A stretch of DNA of 64,000 nt from Lama glama (GCA_028534125.1 CM052818.1:12712001-12776000), one strand, 5' to 3'. Positions 38,095 to 52,290 are shown, counted from the first letter of the stretch. A program made the numbers and translations. Notes: generated from the letters alone by a model not told the origin.

Positions 38095-39409
38095 CTGTAG
38101 AGACAGCTAATTAAAGATCACTGGAATTACCTGAGTTTCCCTGACAATGTCCACATCCATTTGGACATGGAAGACAATTAGGTGATCTGTCTCCACCATG
38201 GGAAGCTGCTTACTAAATAGTTTGACCACATAAAGCAGCAGTTTCAGGACAGGACTCGAGAGAGCTGGTATGTTGTCCAACCTGTGAAATCTGTCTGAAT
38301 CTCTGTTTCTTTCTTCCCAAAGTTAGAGATTTTGAATAGACAGCCTTTGAGGTTCTTTGCGTTCATATTATTTTTTTCTCATTAAAAAAAAAGGGTTTCA
38401 ACCCTAACTTGCTTCAGATAATGTCGTCCTGTGTCTATACCCTTTCTGGAAGCCTGGGACACACTGGCAGCCCTCTTTTAGAACAATAGTACATTTTGAA
38501 GGGGATCATAGAGGCATTTCTGCTATCAACATTATAAGTTCACTTAATGTGTTGATTACAGAAATTCAGAAATGTAAAATGTCTGAATAGAAAGAATCCT
38601 AGACAGAAATAGAAGTTAATTATCACCTGGTCAAAAAGGCCAACATGCTCTGCTAAGCCTCATTTGAAAAGAACAAAGTAGATAGGGTCCCAGAATTTAC
38701 CATATTGAAAGAATGAAGTCACTGGTCTTAAAGAGTTGAATTACAAAGGCTAATAATGGGTAATTCTAAGAACACAGCTACAGTTGTAATTCCATAGATG
38801 TTCACACAGGAAGGGTTTGGGGAGAGAAGATGCCTCAAATAGTGATAAAGATTAGAATAAGACAGTCAATGACAGATTCTAATCGTATTTCACTAATACA
38901 GTTTCCTTGTACCTGGTAGTATTTTTCTAACAATATTATAAAAATAAAGTCAGAAATTAGAGAGTTTTTTTAAAAAATTTTATTGTATGGAGTCATCTAT
39001 TATATATAAAATATGAATGAAAAGTAACTACCTCAATAAAAACATGTTTTCAAAGATATTTCAAAGTAAAAAGTAGATGTCTTTCTACTTTGTTCATCTC
39101 TTGATTGTTTGTATCCTTGAAACCATAATTAAAGCTTAATATTGGGTAAGGTCTCTGATCATATGAGTCTGATTTAACAAGGCAATCCTTTGTATTATCT
39201 CAGAGATACGCTTCTAGACAGCACTCAAGAAATCCTAGCCTAAATGATGACAATCTTGTTCAAAATCTTTGAATCAGTAAGTTTTATTGGTAACCACATG
39301 GGTTAACAATGGTATACCCAATAACTAATTCATACTTATCTTCATTAGAGAAGTCTGATATGTATGTTATAAATTCTTTCACAAATCAGAACAACTGTGT
39401 AAATTACAC

Positions 39410-39896
39410 TGTGGTTATAAAGACTGACCAAACGAGAACAAGCAAAGGCTATTTACTTAGAGCTTCCTATAGCAAGAGAGTCAGACACCATCCCCTGCAT
39501 TTGGCAAAGACTGGAAGACAAGCAGAATAATCAGAAAGCTTCATATTGTGTAAAAAAGGGGAAAATTTAGGGTATAACTTAGTTGGAGACAGTTGGCATG
39601 GGGAAACTAAAAATGGGCTAACCTGAAGTGGGGCATCCTATGTGTGACTGGTAAGAGGTGGATATTGGACTTTCTCTGGTTGGTCCCAGTTGAAAGCTGG
39701 TACAAAACTTAAGGTAGTTATCATTTGTTAAGTCCTGGACTTGGGCACAAATCATTACAAAGGTTATTGTTTGGTTTCCTGGATTGTTATGAGAGATAGT
39801 CTGACTTCTTTACAAGTCAGGTTGCTGCAGATTGTGACCAGAATTCTGTTTTCAGATATAGTCTGGCCATCGTCCATTTGTATATCTAGTCTCTCA
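39410..39896 (-). mobile_element. ERV1 solo LTR (MER34/MER39-like)
   Basis: Minus strand starts tgagagactagatatacaaatggacgatggccagac; TG..CA ends; flanks acac/acat fit a 4-bp TSD. Confidence 0.75.
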
Positions 39897-40987
39897 ACAT
39901 TTTTACATAAATTACCTTGTTATCTGTCTATGATTATGAATTCACCAGACAATTTCTTAACTCTAAACATTTTATTGCTTAGGCAGAAATGAAGCAATTT
40001 CCTAGTCATTATTTTATAAAAAATCAAAAGATTAAAATAAAAATAAAATTAGTTTCCATTTTATTTTCCTGAAAATTTGAACAGACTTCATTTATAACCA
40101 TTGTTAACTCTGTTAACTTAAAATGTTAGGTTTCTTTCATGTGTGTGAAATTTTTCTTTCTGAGTGAAATAGTACTGCTACCCTTCTACAATCCATAAAA
40201 CATTCCAGATGCAAGATTATTTGGAAAAGAATAGTATAAGGTGAACTGGTTTGTTAGAGTTATAGGATGACCTTGTAAGTTTGAATTGTTTTCAAAAATT
40301 ATAAGTGTACTAGAATTCATAGCATAACAATCCTTTATGATTCTTGTCTATGTGGTTACTAGAGATGCCTAATGGAGTAGGATAGCCTACCATTATAGTG
40401 TAATTCTACTTGTCTATTTTTAAATTATGTTTTGAATTGCTGTAAATATATTCTTGTACCAATTATAATGCACACCTTCAACAAGATTTCCCTGAAAAAA
40501 TCATTTTACACAATGTATTTGATTTGTTGCATAAATTAATGCTGAATATTGGATATTGTGTAGAGGTAGTGATAAATTTTAGAATAAATTTTATACATTT
40601 AGAGATTAAAACAGTATCTTACTTTGTGTTTAACAAGCTCATTTCAGAAACGGTGAAGATTTATTGTTGATAATTGTATGATGGTGTACATAATTTAAGA
40701 AACCATGGACAAAGTTTTAAGATATTAAATTCTAAGATGGCATATTTTTTAAAATATGTGTATGATTATTTTGTGATGCTCATTAAAGATTAACATAGTT
40801 ATAGCTAGAAGTTCTGTCCATGTTGTTTGGTGATAAAAATAACTGACAGCATGAATTTACAAAGGAGGACACTGACAATCTGTCTAATCAAAATTTTAAT
40901 TAACTTCTTCGTAGGCTTTGAAATGTTTAGATATATGGTTTGTTTGCTTGTCTTTCCCTTGCTTTTTTATTCTTTATTCTGCACCTG

Positions 40988-43332
40988 TGCACTAAAGGAA
41001 CTAGAAAAAGAACAAATGAAGCCCAAAGTTTGTTGAAGGAACTAAATAACAAAAATCAGAGCAGAAATAAATGAAATGAAGACTAAAATGAAAATGGAAA
41101 AGATCAATGAGAGTAAGAGCTGGTTTTGGAAAAGATGATAAAATTAGACAAACCTTTAGTAAGACTCGCCAAGAAAAAAGAGAGAGGACTCAAATAAATA
41201 AAAGTAGAAATGAAAAAAGAGACATTACAACTGATATTACAGAAATGCAAACAATCATAAGAGACTACTATGAACTAGAAAAAATGAATAACCTGGATGA
41301 AATGGATTAATTCTTAAAAGCATACAAACTACCAAGACTCAATGATGAAGAAACAGAAAATCTGAAGAGATTAATTACTAGTAAGAAGATTGAATCAGTA
41401 ATTAAAAGGTCTGAACAAAGAAAATCCACGACCACATGGCTTCACAAATGAATTCCACCAAACATTTGAAAAAGAATTAACACCAGTTCTTCTCAAGCTC
41501 TTCCAGAAAATAAGAGAAGTGTGCACTTCCATACTCATTTAAAAGGCCAGCATTAGCCTGGAACAAAAACCAGACAAAAATCTACAAGAAAAGAAAATTA
41601 CAGGTCAGTATCCCTGATGGACAAAGATGCAAAAATCTTCAACAAAATATTAGCACATTTAGCAGTACACTAAAAGGATCATACACCATGATCACAGAGA
41701 TTTATTCCAAGAATGAAAGGGTGGTTCAACATCTGCAAATGAATGAGTATTACACATCACAACAAAATGAATATCATTCACTCACAACAACGGGGGTATA
41801 GAGAGACTATACCTCAACATAATAAAGGCCATATATGAGAAGTCCACAGCTTAAGTAATACTGCAATGTGAAAAGCTGAGAAAAAGAAACTGAACTGGAA
41901 AAATATTCTGTGCTCACAGATTGGTAAAATATAATGTTAAAATTTCAAAGTACCCAAAACAATCTACAGATTTGATGCAAACCCTATCAAATATCTAATG
42001 CCATTTTCCACAGAAATAGAAATCAATCCTAAAATGCTTATGTAACCATGAAAGACCCAGAATAACCAAAGCAATCATGATAAGGAAGGACAAAGCTGGA
42101 AGCATACTTCCTGACTTCCAACCATATCACAAACTATAATTATCAAAACCAGATACATAGATTGTCATAAAACCAGACCTACAGATCAATAAAAGAAAAC
42201 AGAAAGCCTAGAAATAAACCTCTGCATATGCTTTTAATTGATTTACAACAAAGGAGCCAAGAATATACAATGGGGAAAGGACAGTCTCTTCAATAATTAT
42301 GTTGGAAAAATTGACAGCCACATGCAAAAAGTGAAACTGGACCCCTATTTATACCAAACACAAAAATCAACTCAAATTGGATTAAAGACTGAAATTTAAG
42401 ACCTGAGAATTTAAGACCATAAAATTCCTAGAAGAAAACAGGGGTAAGCTCTTTGACACTGGCTTTAGCAACAAAAACAAAAGCAAGTGTGACTACATTA
42501 AACTAAAAAGCTTCTGCATAGCAAATAAAATCATTAACAAAATGAAAAGGCAACCTACAGAATGGGAGAAAATATTTGTAAATCATATATCTGATAAAGG
42601 ATTAATACCCAGAAGATATAAAGAACTCATGCAACTCAACAGCAAATACATACATACATACATATATACATACATACCTGATTTTAAAAATTGGCAGAGG
42701 AACTGAGTAGACATTTTCTAAACAAGACATACAAATGGCCCACAGGTACATGAAAAGGTGTTCAACATGACTAATTATCTGGGGAATACAAATCAAAACC
42801 ACAATGAGGTATCACCTCACACCTGTTAGAATGGCTATCACCAAAAAGATAAGAGGTAACAAGTGTTGGCAAGGATGTGGAGACCCTTGTGCACTGTTGG
42901 TGGTGATGTAAAGTGGTGCAGTCATTATGGAAAACAGTATGAAGGTTTCTCAAAAAATTAAAAACAGAGCTATCAAATGAGCTAGCAATCACAGTTCTGG
43001 GTATACATCTACGGAAAATGAAAACAGGAGAGATCTGCACTCCCATGTTCTTTGCAGCATTATTCACACTTGTAAAGATATATAAACTACCTAAGTATTG
43101 GTCAACAGATAAAGAGATAAAGAAGGTGTGAGATATTGATTTATTTATATTTTATAGTCATAGAGAAATATTACTCAGCCATGAAAAATAAGAAAACCTT
43201 AACACTTTCAATAAAACGGATGTACCTTGAGGGCATCATGCTAACTGAGATAAGTCAGACAGATAAAGATAAAAACTCTGTATCACTTATATGTGGAATC
43301 TAAAAGGCCAAACTCTTAGAGAGTAGAATGGT
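40988..43332 (+). mobile_element. L1 (L1MA9-like) ORF2 remnant and start of 3'UTR; RT core deleted
   Basis: LKELEKEQ, KRERTQINKSRNEKRDITTDITEMQTIIRDYYE; 'gaaaattacaggtcagtatccctgatg'; 'atcaaaaccacaatgaggtatcacctcacacctgttagaatggct'; many stops and frameshifts. Confidence 0.95.
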
Positions 43333-43344
43333 GTTTTTTTTTTA

Positions 43345-43516
43345 CAAAACCTCAACCCCAATCCCAAATGGGTTCATAGCCTTTGAGGCTTTAGCCTGCT
43401 GTGACTCCCATTTGCCTGGCAAAGCAATAAAGCTGCTCTTTTCTACTGCTCCCAAGGACTCTGTCTCTGAGTTTGAATTTGTCTTTCAGGGTACAGAGGC
43501 CAATTTTTCGGTAACA
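43345..43516 (+). mobile_element. ERV LTR 3' (R-U5) fragment
   Basis: 'tttgcctggcaaagcaataaagctgctcttttctact...gtacagaggccaatttttcggtaaca': poly-A signal and terminal CA. Confidence 0.7.
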
Positions 43517-43740
43517 ACCTAAGTAGTTGTATTAAGGCATACTTGATGGCAAGATGGTGAAGGCAATTCTGTATAGTGTAAGAACAAGGCAAATTTACCC
43601 AATATGGAACAGTTTCAATTCAATACCATATTAGATGCCCTACCATTATATTAAGAATAATTAAGGTGTAAATATTATAAAGAAAACATGTTTGTGTGTC
43701 TTTTTGGGGGAGGCAGGGGAGTGAATATTATTGTCTACAT

Positions 43741-43956
43741 CAGAGGTTAGCAAACATTTTATATAAAAGGCAAGCCAGTAAATATTTCAGACTTTGCTGT
43801 CCCTGTAGTTTCTGTTACAACTATTCAAATCTGTATCATGCAGATGGCCATAAATAATATATAAACAAATGAGCATGCTTGTATTTCAATAAAGCTTCAT
43901 TTACAAAGTAAAGAACAGGTAGAATTTGGTCCAGAGGCTGGAGTTTGTAATCCTTG
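43741..43956. mobile_element. MER58A-like hAT-Charlie with 8-bp TSD
   Basis: cagaggttagcaaac...gtaaatatttcagactttg...gagtttgtaatccttg; TSD gtctacat (43733-43740) / ctctacat (43957-43964). Confidence 0.85.
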
Positions 43957-43979
43957 CTCTACATAGCTGGCCCCCCAAA

Positions 43980-44545
43980 ATTTACAGATATATTAGAATT
44001 AGTAAGAGAGACTAGCAAATTTTGAATACAAAATCAAACTACAAAAATAATTATATTTCTCTACACTACAAATAAATAGATAGAAAATATAACTTAAACA
44101 ACTAAAATATAACATATCCAGAAATAAATCTGGAAAAAAGATACACAATGACTTTATGGATCAAATGATTAAATTTTATTGAAAACCATTAAAGAACACC
44201 TAAATCAATGCATCTATGTATTTTACTCGTGGATTAAAATATTTACAATTAGAAAGACACCACTCCTTCAAAAATTGATCTACAAATTAGTGATAATTCT
44301 AGTTTTTAAGAAATCACTTTTGGGGGAGGAATTAAAAATGCTGATTCTATAATTAATGTGGGAAATCAACTTTCTTAAAGGAGCCTGAGTATTTAAATAG
44401 GAAGCAAAGCAGTAAGTTCCTTGTCTTATCAGATATCAATTATTACTATTACACTGTATTAACTTAGTATTGCACTGATGCAGATTAACCAAAGGAACAG
44501 AACAGTCCAGAAGCAAGCCCTCAGATATACAAAAAATCCCATATA
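43980..44545 (+). mobile_element. Old L1 (L1ME-like) ORF2 fragment
   Basis: 'gaatacaaaatcaaactacaaaaataattatatttctctacac', 'aaattgatctacaaatt'. Confidence 0.65.
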
Positions 44546-45639
44546 ATTTGTAACTAATCTAACATAGTATGTGATGGATTCAATTATGTACTGTTACTAT
44601 ATAGCAGTATTTAGATTTAATATTAACAAAGATAGGATAGTATGAAAAGAGTTTCTTCTCTGTATTGCTATCAAGACCAGTATTTATGGGAAATTACATA
44701 AAACTGGGCCTGAACTAGACACAAATAATGAATTATGGCAAAAATTAAGACTTTTCATAGAAAAACACATCTATTGTTAACAGGCATCGCCAATGACATT
44801 TGCTGAGTATATTGATAATATATCCAAAATTAAGATGGATCATTTGTGAAAACCACCAAATGTGCTCTAAAATCAATCAACTATACATCACATCTCATTA
44901 ATCAAACAGTGTCCCTCCTGTCAAGGACTCCAGACCACATGTTTTGTGCTTTATCATCCCTTCAGAATGGTTAGACAGAGAGCTTTGTGTCAAAATAAGA
45001 CACCTCCATGTCTGACTAACAATCCCACATCTCTCAACATCTTATCCCATTTCAATGTTGGGGTTTTTGTTTTACTCTATCTACTTCTCTGTCCAAGCAA
45101 ATTAATCACAATACATTAAAATACTTAGCAGACAATCAGGACCATTCTATTAGAAAGGTGACCTATTAATAGTTATCTAAGAATGAGAAACAGCATTAGG
45201 TGGAAAAATTTTGTCCTTAATCCAACACTAAACTAATTCATAAAGCAAATGCTGCTAATAGATTTTTGCAACCCTGCATTGTTTATTTTAGCGATATAAA
45301 TGTTTATATATTTAATACTCAACTGTAAATATTTTTCTTTAAAATTTTAATGTTAGAATTATCATTGTTATCCTTATTACTACATAATAAAGTCTTATAG
45401 ATCATTCGATTTTTTGAATTTTATTTCTTTAGCCTCATCTTTACATGAAAATATTTCTGCTATTGTTTAATCATTGCTGAATGTGTGTAGGTTTTTTTTT
45501 TTAACTTAACCATAAAATTTGATAGCCTCTCTTGGATAAGGAGAGTTTCCTGTGAAAATGCCATTTAGATTTACAAACCAAAAACTGTCTGTCATGGTTC
45601 CTTTACATACATATATAAGTATCTCTATCATTGAGGATT

Positions 45640-45890
45640 TAGTACAACTGTATATAAAAGAAAACCTGAATAGCACCAAATTAGTAAGGGGAAGTGTATT
45701 TCTCTCTTAAATAAGAGCCCAGAGACGAATATTCTGGAATTAGAGGTGGTTACACAGACGTTTCAGGGTCCCAGGCATCTTCCAGGTCACCACTCTCCCT
45801 AACATCACCATGTGCCCTGGAACTCAAGGTCCAAAGTGCTGCCAGACCCAGGCAGGACAGAGAAAGGCAAAGAAAAGAGGGCAATGAACT
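45640..45890 (-). mobile_element. Old MaLR fragment
   Basis: 'cagggtcccaggcatcttcc...caggcaggacagagaaaggc'. Confidence 0.35.
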
Positions 45891-46344
45891 GAATTAAACA
45901 TTGAACACACAGTAGATATTCAACGTTTGCCGATGGACTGACGATAACCTATGAAATTCAACAGTGAAGTGCATTTAGTCCATGACTCTCCCTTCCCTCT
46001 TCCCCTCCCCCCAACTCCTTCTTCCTTCTCCCTCCCCCTTCCCCACCCCTCCTCATCTCTCTCATTTCTGGAAAAGTGAAACTCCAAAGCTGCCCATATT
46101 TGTGGGCAAAAACTGTGACCAAAACTGTGCTTCAGTAAACCAGTAACTCAACTGGTAGCTTTATCTTCATGATACAAATGATGAAACCAACGATGATCAT
46201 CTTCCCATCAACTCTTCTGAACCAGGAAGTTGTTCTGGCCCTAGCTTTACATGCAAAGAGAAAGTCTTGTTCCTTTTCTCAAGGACTTTGAAGTCACATT
46301 TGCTTCTAGTGGTCAGCAGCATTATTTCTGAACATAAAGAAACA

Positions 46345-46549
46345 ATACTAACTACTATATATAAAATAGATAAGCAACAAGTTTCATCTGTATAGCACAG
46401 GGAACTATATTCAATATCTGGTAGTAACCCATAATGAAAAACAATATGAAAAGGACTATATGTATGTATATGGATGACTGAAGCACCCTGCTGTACACTG
46501 GACACTGACACAACATTGTTAACTAACTATACTTCAATTTAAAAAAAAG
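46345..46549 (+). mobile_element. Young L1 3' terminus (same family as 23955-24493)
   Basis: actactatatataaaatagata...ctgtatagcacagggaactatattcaatatc...ctatacttcaatttaaaaaaaa; aagaaaca duplicated at 46337-46344 and 46550-46557. Confidence 0.9.
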
Positions 46550-46739
46550 AAGAAACATACCTGACAGTTCTTGGAAGAATAATTCCAACTACTATTTTCA
46601 AAGAAATTATTTATTATCTAACCAAGACATAGATACAAATTTTATACTTATTTTTTTCCTTTCTTTTCCACTGGCTGCTCAATAAGCTAAAGCAATGTCC
46701 TATTTTGGAGCTCAAATGGACCATACTGATGATCACAAT

Positions 46740-46949
46740 CAGTGGTTCCCAATTAGGGAATTATATCACAGTCATCTGGGGAGTGTTTAAAATTTAGGAT
46801 CCACTCACACATACTGCTCCCATTGATTCAGATCCAGAAGAATGGTGTGGGTCTAGGAAAGTAAGGAGGTGTAAGTCTGCCATGTGTACTTTGATAAAAT
46901 TCCCAAATGATGCTTAAATACTCTTATATCCCCTATTTGAGAACCACTG
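46740..46949. mobile_element. MER5-like hAT
   Basis: Inverted termini cagtggttcccaa ... ttgagaaccactg. Confidence 0.6.
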
Positions 46950-47429
46950 ATCTGGTCAAATTCCTCTTTTGAGAAACGTAACAGAAAAAACTGCCTGCTA
47001 CATCAAGGGAGGACATTAACACCATGAGATAATACATATTTCATTAAAGGTCATATCCTCAGCACCTAGCATAATGCCTTTCACAAAGTAGACAGTCAAT
47101 TAATTAACAATGTTAGAGCAAGTTGTAGGTGCAAATGGCTGACAGAGCAGAGATCTGTCTCAAAAACTGGGGGGGACAGCAGAAGCAAATTGGGTGGTTT
47201 CTTAAGTGTTGAAATGTATTAATCATCATATGAAACTATATTACTCCTTCATTTTCTTTTCTGTTGTTCACTGTCTAACTCCCTTCCTAAAACATTAGTT
47301 CCTTAAAATTATGCAGTTGCAGCATCTAGAACACTTCCTGGTACAGAGTGATCAGGCACTGAAATTTTGTTAAATGACCATTAAAGGAATATATTCAACG
47401 GTTCCCCATTAGTGGATTTAAATTTTAAA

Positions 47430-48425
47430 ATATATCCTTTTATAAAATAAACAAAACTTTTCACTAGAAGGTTAACATATGCTCTTTGAAAAATAAAAAG
47501 AAAAACATGATGTATGGGGAAAATGTAAATATCACATGACATTTCATTAAAACTGCTTTTAATTATCTGGTGAACAACCTTCCAGCCTTTTCTATGTGCA
47601 TATGTCTTTGCATATATAATTTTGCAGAAAAAGGCTGGTACTTAAATAATGCTTTGTTCACTCACTGCTTTACTAAGTAATTCGCCATGCACACTGCTTC
47701 TTTATGGTCATTTTCAATTATGCATGGTAAAGCATCAACAGTATAAACATTTACACAGTAAAAGGAAAACTATTTCCAATTTCAGATACCTTCAATTTAA
47801 GCTGAAATTCTTTTTTAAAACACAAAGAAACCTCAGAAAACAATATACAGATTTATTTCATTAACAATGCTTGCAAGGTATACTACTAAATTAATCACCA
47901 TATGGTATGTAAGCATGAACATATTGATGAATATTTGAATTGTTTCATGTTTTGCTCTTAAACAATTAACATTCCCCTTCATATATCTATTCATGTATAC
48001 CTGTATAATCAGAGAGCATGTACTTAAAAGTAAAACCATTTTTTAAAAACACACCATTTCATATTATGATGAATATTACCAAATTATCTTTCACTGAAGT
48101 CTTAATTAGATTTCTACAAAAGGAAATGGGAACGTTTGTGCATCTTCACACCCTGGCCAACGCAATCTAATACCAAAACTTTAAATTTCATCAGTCTCTT
48201 GGATGTAAGAAAAAGTATCTCATTATCTTAATATGCATTATTTTAATTATAAATGAGGTTGAGGTTTATTAATGGAATTTATACATTTATAAGACTTTTA
48301 TATTCCCTTTTTGTATGAATTGCATTTTCTTATTCTTTGCACATTTTTTCTTTTGAATAATTAACCCTTTGTTGATGTATATAAGCAGTCTCTCTACATT
48401 AGAAAAATATGTAATTTGTTGCATG
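47430..48425 (-). mobile_element. Old L1 (L1ME-like)
   Basis: 'agtatctcattatcttaatatgcattattttaattataaatgaggttgag'. Confidence 0.55.
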
Positions 48426-48429
48426 GGTG

Positions 48430-48875
48430 TTTTCATAGATTGTATTAAGGCCCCAGTTCTTCACCCTTTATCCATGCCCTTCAGTCTATAACTCTGTAAT
48501 CCCTATATTTCCTGTGAGCAGCCTTTGTGACTTACTTTGGGCTAACAGTAAGTGTCAGAAATTATGCTGTCAAATTCTGAGTCTTAGCCTCAAGAAGACT
48601 TCTGCATTTCTGCTGTTTTACTTCACTCTGTCGTTGCCACAAGGACAGCCAGCCTAGTCCAGCTGTCCCAGCAAAGGATGAATACACCCAGATCAACTCA
48701 GCTGTCTCAGATGAGGCTGGTCTAGATTATTCTAGAACCATCCAATCCACAGTCTCTTTAGAGAGACCAGCTGAAATTAGGCCATTGTCATGACTCAGGA
48801 GTCATAATAAATGATTGTGCTTTAAAGCCCCCAAATCTCAGGGTGGTTTGTTATGCAGCAACATGAAACTAATGA
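48430..48875 (+). mobile_element. MaLR LTR (MLT1G/H-like)
   Basis: 'gtgacttactttgggctaacag', 'cctcaagaagacttctgcatttctgct', 'aataaatgattgtgctttaaagcc...gggtggtttgttatgcagcaa'. Confidence 0.7.
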
Positions 48876-48920
48876 AGTAAGTAAAGTAAGTACTCAGTGT
48901 CTCAGCTTTTTTTTATTCCT

Positions 48921-48981
48921 CTCCCTCCCTTCCTTCCTTCCTTCCTTCCTTCCTTCCTTCCTTCCTTTCTCTCTTTCTTTT
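48921..48981. repeat. (CCTT)n microsatellite
   Basis: Tetranucleotide run with pyrimidine flanks. Confidence 0.95.
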
Positions 48982-49099
48982 CTGTGCTTATACGTGGCAA
49001 GACTAGTACCTTCTAATTATTCTTCATTTAAAAAATTTTAGCTCACATTATATTTTTACTTTTTATTGGTATTTTTGGTTGGAGATCACATTAAATCCA

Positions 49100-49475
49100 T
49101 TCATCAATGTAGATAAACCATTTAGCACCTTTCTATTCCAATAAATATTGAACTACATCATCATTTAACTGTAACAGTTATTTTATTGCATGGGTTATTT
49201 TCATTTCTTCATGCTTATAAGCCAAGCTTTGCTGAACATCTTCTCTATATTTTTCACATTCATTTTCCAATTACCACTCCAGGAATCTCTGGAAGTGGAA
49301 CTGCATGGTACATGCATTTTTAAATCTTTATATGTATTAAAGTCATTCTCAGGAAAATCTGTATGAAGCTACACTCACACTAACAATTTATAATGATGCA
49401 GATTTCCGACACTCCCTGAGCACTTTGAATATTAGCAACATTTTACATATTTATCCACATGGTAAGTAAGGAATG
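49100..49475 (-). mobile_element. Old L1 fragment (probable continuation of 47430-48425)
   Basis: 'ctggaagtggaactgcatgg', 'tacactcacactaacaatttataatg'. Confidence 0.45.
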
Positions 49476-50354
49476 ATAGAGTGGGTAGTATAAATTCACT
49501 GTGTGTACTTACACTTAGGGAAGACAAAGAACGAAGTCACGTCATGTGTGATTAACTGTACTCCAAGGAAGGTTTGCCTCTCTAGACTTTCATGTAATCC
49601 TTGCAAAATGTCACAATTTTAGGAATGCCTATGATCTATCTGGTAACAGCATATTCCTATTTTCTTCTTAATTATTATGGCCTCCTATTTTGTTCACCAG
49701 AAGACACATCTTTTTATTTTCACATCTTATCCCCTGTTCTTATGTGTTGCAGAGTCTTAAATAGGACCAAATGTTATAATTTTAATAGTTTTTCATAAAC
49801 TTTACTTAATTGCCTTTGAAATACCTCTGAAGATTTATTTCCAGCACATCCACAACATGAAAGTTTAAAAGTGTATAAAAAATTTAAACATTTTACATTT
49901 TCAAGGCAAGATAAAATTATTTCCAAAAGTACAATGAAAATGTTATGCCACTTTAACACTAGAGCTGGTTTGCTTTCTAACAATCAAATTCTTCTGGCTC
50001 CTCCCACTGCTATTCCCTGAGGAACAAGAACATTTGATTCTAAGAATTTCCAAAGTTTCATGCAATATCTGATTTCCTTTACATTTTCTCTTACTTTATT
50101 AAGAGGAAAGACATGTATTTTTGTGTGTATTTTTGGTGTTATGATATCATTCTTCAACCTGAAAGCTACACAAGCTGTGTACCTTAAAAATTAATAGTTA
50201 AGTTCAGTGGACACCAGACTAATGTGGGGGCTCTGTCCCATTTAGGATTTATAATAAAATTATTTTTGACATTATGGTCAGAATTCTAGCATTGCTATTG
50301 TAAGAACAGAATGCATCAAATTCAGAAGTAGCCAGAAAATGAAGCACTTGTTAG

Positions 50355-50835
50355 ATGTGTGCTGGTATTCTTAATGTTCTATTCAGACCCTCTTTTACCA
50401 TTTAAGAACTGATTACCCAGAACTCAAGGTGACTCGGTTACTTCTCTAAGCAGTTACTGCTTTAGGGATGGATAATAAATTCAGCCTAAATTCATCGCAG
50501 TTTCCTGTTTTGGCCCAAAAACCATAAAACATAGCACCCCATTTTGGCTGGGTTAAAGAGATCCCCTTTCCCCTCCTAGTGAACATAAACACAAAATTCT
50601 GTTGCCCTGAAACTAGCAGTCATCTAGATACCTTGAAAGAGGCCCCTAGAGCACAAAGCCAGCAACCCTGGGAGGAATGAGCATAGAGAAATGGGGTCTA
50701 AGCCTTGCAAATGTGTTAAACAAATTTAGTTCCATGTTTTATCTCTGGATGGTTCAGTTATGTGAGCCAATTAAACTGCTGATGCCACCTTGGATAGGGT
50801 TTTCATTATTTATGAGATAAAGAATCATATTTATG
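50355..50835 (+). mobile_element. Old MaLR LTR (MLT1K/L-like)
   Basis: 3' end 'ttcagttatgtgagccaattaaac...gggttttcattatttatgagataaagaatc'. Confidence 0.45.
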
Positions 50836-52238
50836 TAGAATATTTCTTAGAAGGGCAGTGAATCAAATTCTTGATATTTGGTTCAACAAAGGAAGTTCAT
50901 CTGGTATCACAGATGAAGGAATGATTTAATATATTGTGACACAAAATGACAGTCACTTATTCCAGAGGAAAATATGTTTCCTAAAGCTCTTGGTTGATGG
51001 GTTATTCATGCTCTACTCCAAAACATAGTGGATGAAGCAGATTTTTCTAATCTTTGTGTTTGATGTTAAATTTGCTGAATGAAACATCTTTTACTTTGAA
51101 GGTTTTAAAACCACTGCTTGGAGTGTGGGTCACAGTTATCCTGTCAAATAAAATATTTCAATGACTTATGAAAAGTTTTAAAGAAAGAGTCCCTACAACC
51201 AGAAAAAAAATTCCCAAAACAAAAACAAAACAGAAAAACATTTTAAAACATTTTCACCATGCTAATAGCTAGGATAAAGACAAAATGTCAGCCAGAATCC
51301 AAGTAGGGACCAAATTAAATTCATGAATTACACTCTGTTTACACTTCAAACAGGAATTAAAATTGTTTATTTAGCTAACAGACTCAGCCTTGATTACATG
51401 TCATTAGTGTCCATTATAACTTCAACCATCCTTAAATTTCATAAGCCTGCTAGAAAATCACATCCTTATATTTCAGAACTAGAAATAAAATTAATGTGTA
51501 TTTTGGCTATTAACGCCTTAATCAAGTTAATCATTGCTTGAAGAATCTAAATTTTTAATGTTCTAGGAATAAAACAAAAATTAAAAGTAATTCTTCAAAT
51601 TGTTAATCAATTCTTGACTTACAGTTGGCATCAATATTAGCCAACTTCACACCAATTGGCTATAGTTCTCTTGAAACATAATTATAATTTTCTCTGCAAA
51701 GTGTTGGCCTTGACTACTACAGAACTGAGGTATTTAACCCACAGTTTATTTCCTTCTTCCTTGTTTAAAGCACCTTATGGCATTAAATGAACGCATCCTT
51801 ATTTATTTCTAGAATGATTTCCTAGTTGAATGTCAACAGAACTCTATCAATGTAGTACTCATGCCATTTCTTATAAAATGTGTAGCAAGTTTTATTTAGG
51901 AACAGATAGAAAGGCGTACAAAAGATTTGCGTGGTCAGAAAAGCCACGGGGAAGCCCAACTTAAATAGGATTTAACTTTCTGATGAAGACAGTGAAAGTG
52001 TTAAGCACAAAGGAAAACAAAAAGACTCCTATTCATCAACAGAGATCAATTTTTTTTCTCTCCCTGGAGACTTCAGAGAGGGTTCATATGATTTTCTCCA
52101 TCCTATAAAGCTGGTAGAAAGTCTTGACACACAATTGCTTTTGCAGAGTAGGGGCATCACAGAAGGTTCTAAGTGGAGGCGCCAGAATCATTTGTACTGG
52201 GAGTGGAAGTGGGAAGAGTTTATTTCCTCTATAGAGAA

Positions 52239-52243
<5 letters not shown>

Positions 52244-52290
<47 letters not shown>

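Noticed and set aside
41107..43067. ORFs with L1-like peptides as CDS
   Set aside because: They are fragments of a dead L1 ORF2 or its antisense strand, broken by stops and frameshifts.
45985..46065. C/T-rich tract (G4 or triplex potential on the minus strand)
   Set aside because: Ordinary low-complexity sequence with no supporting context.
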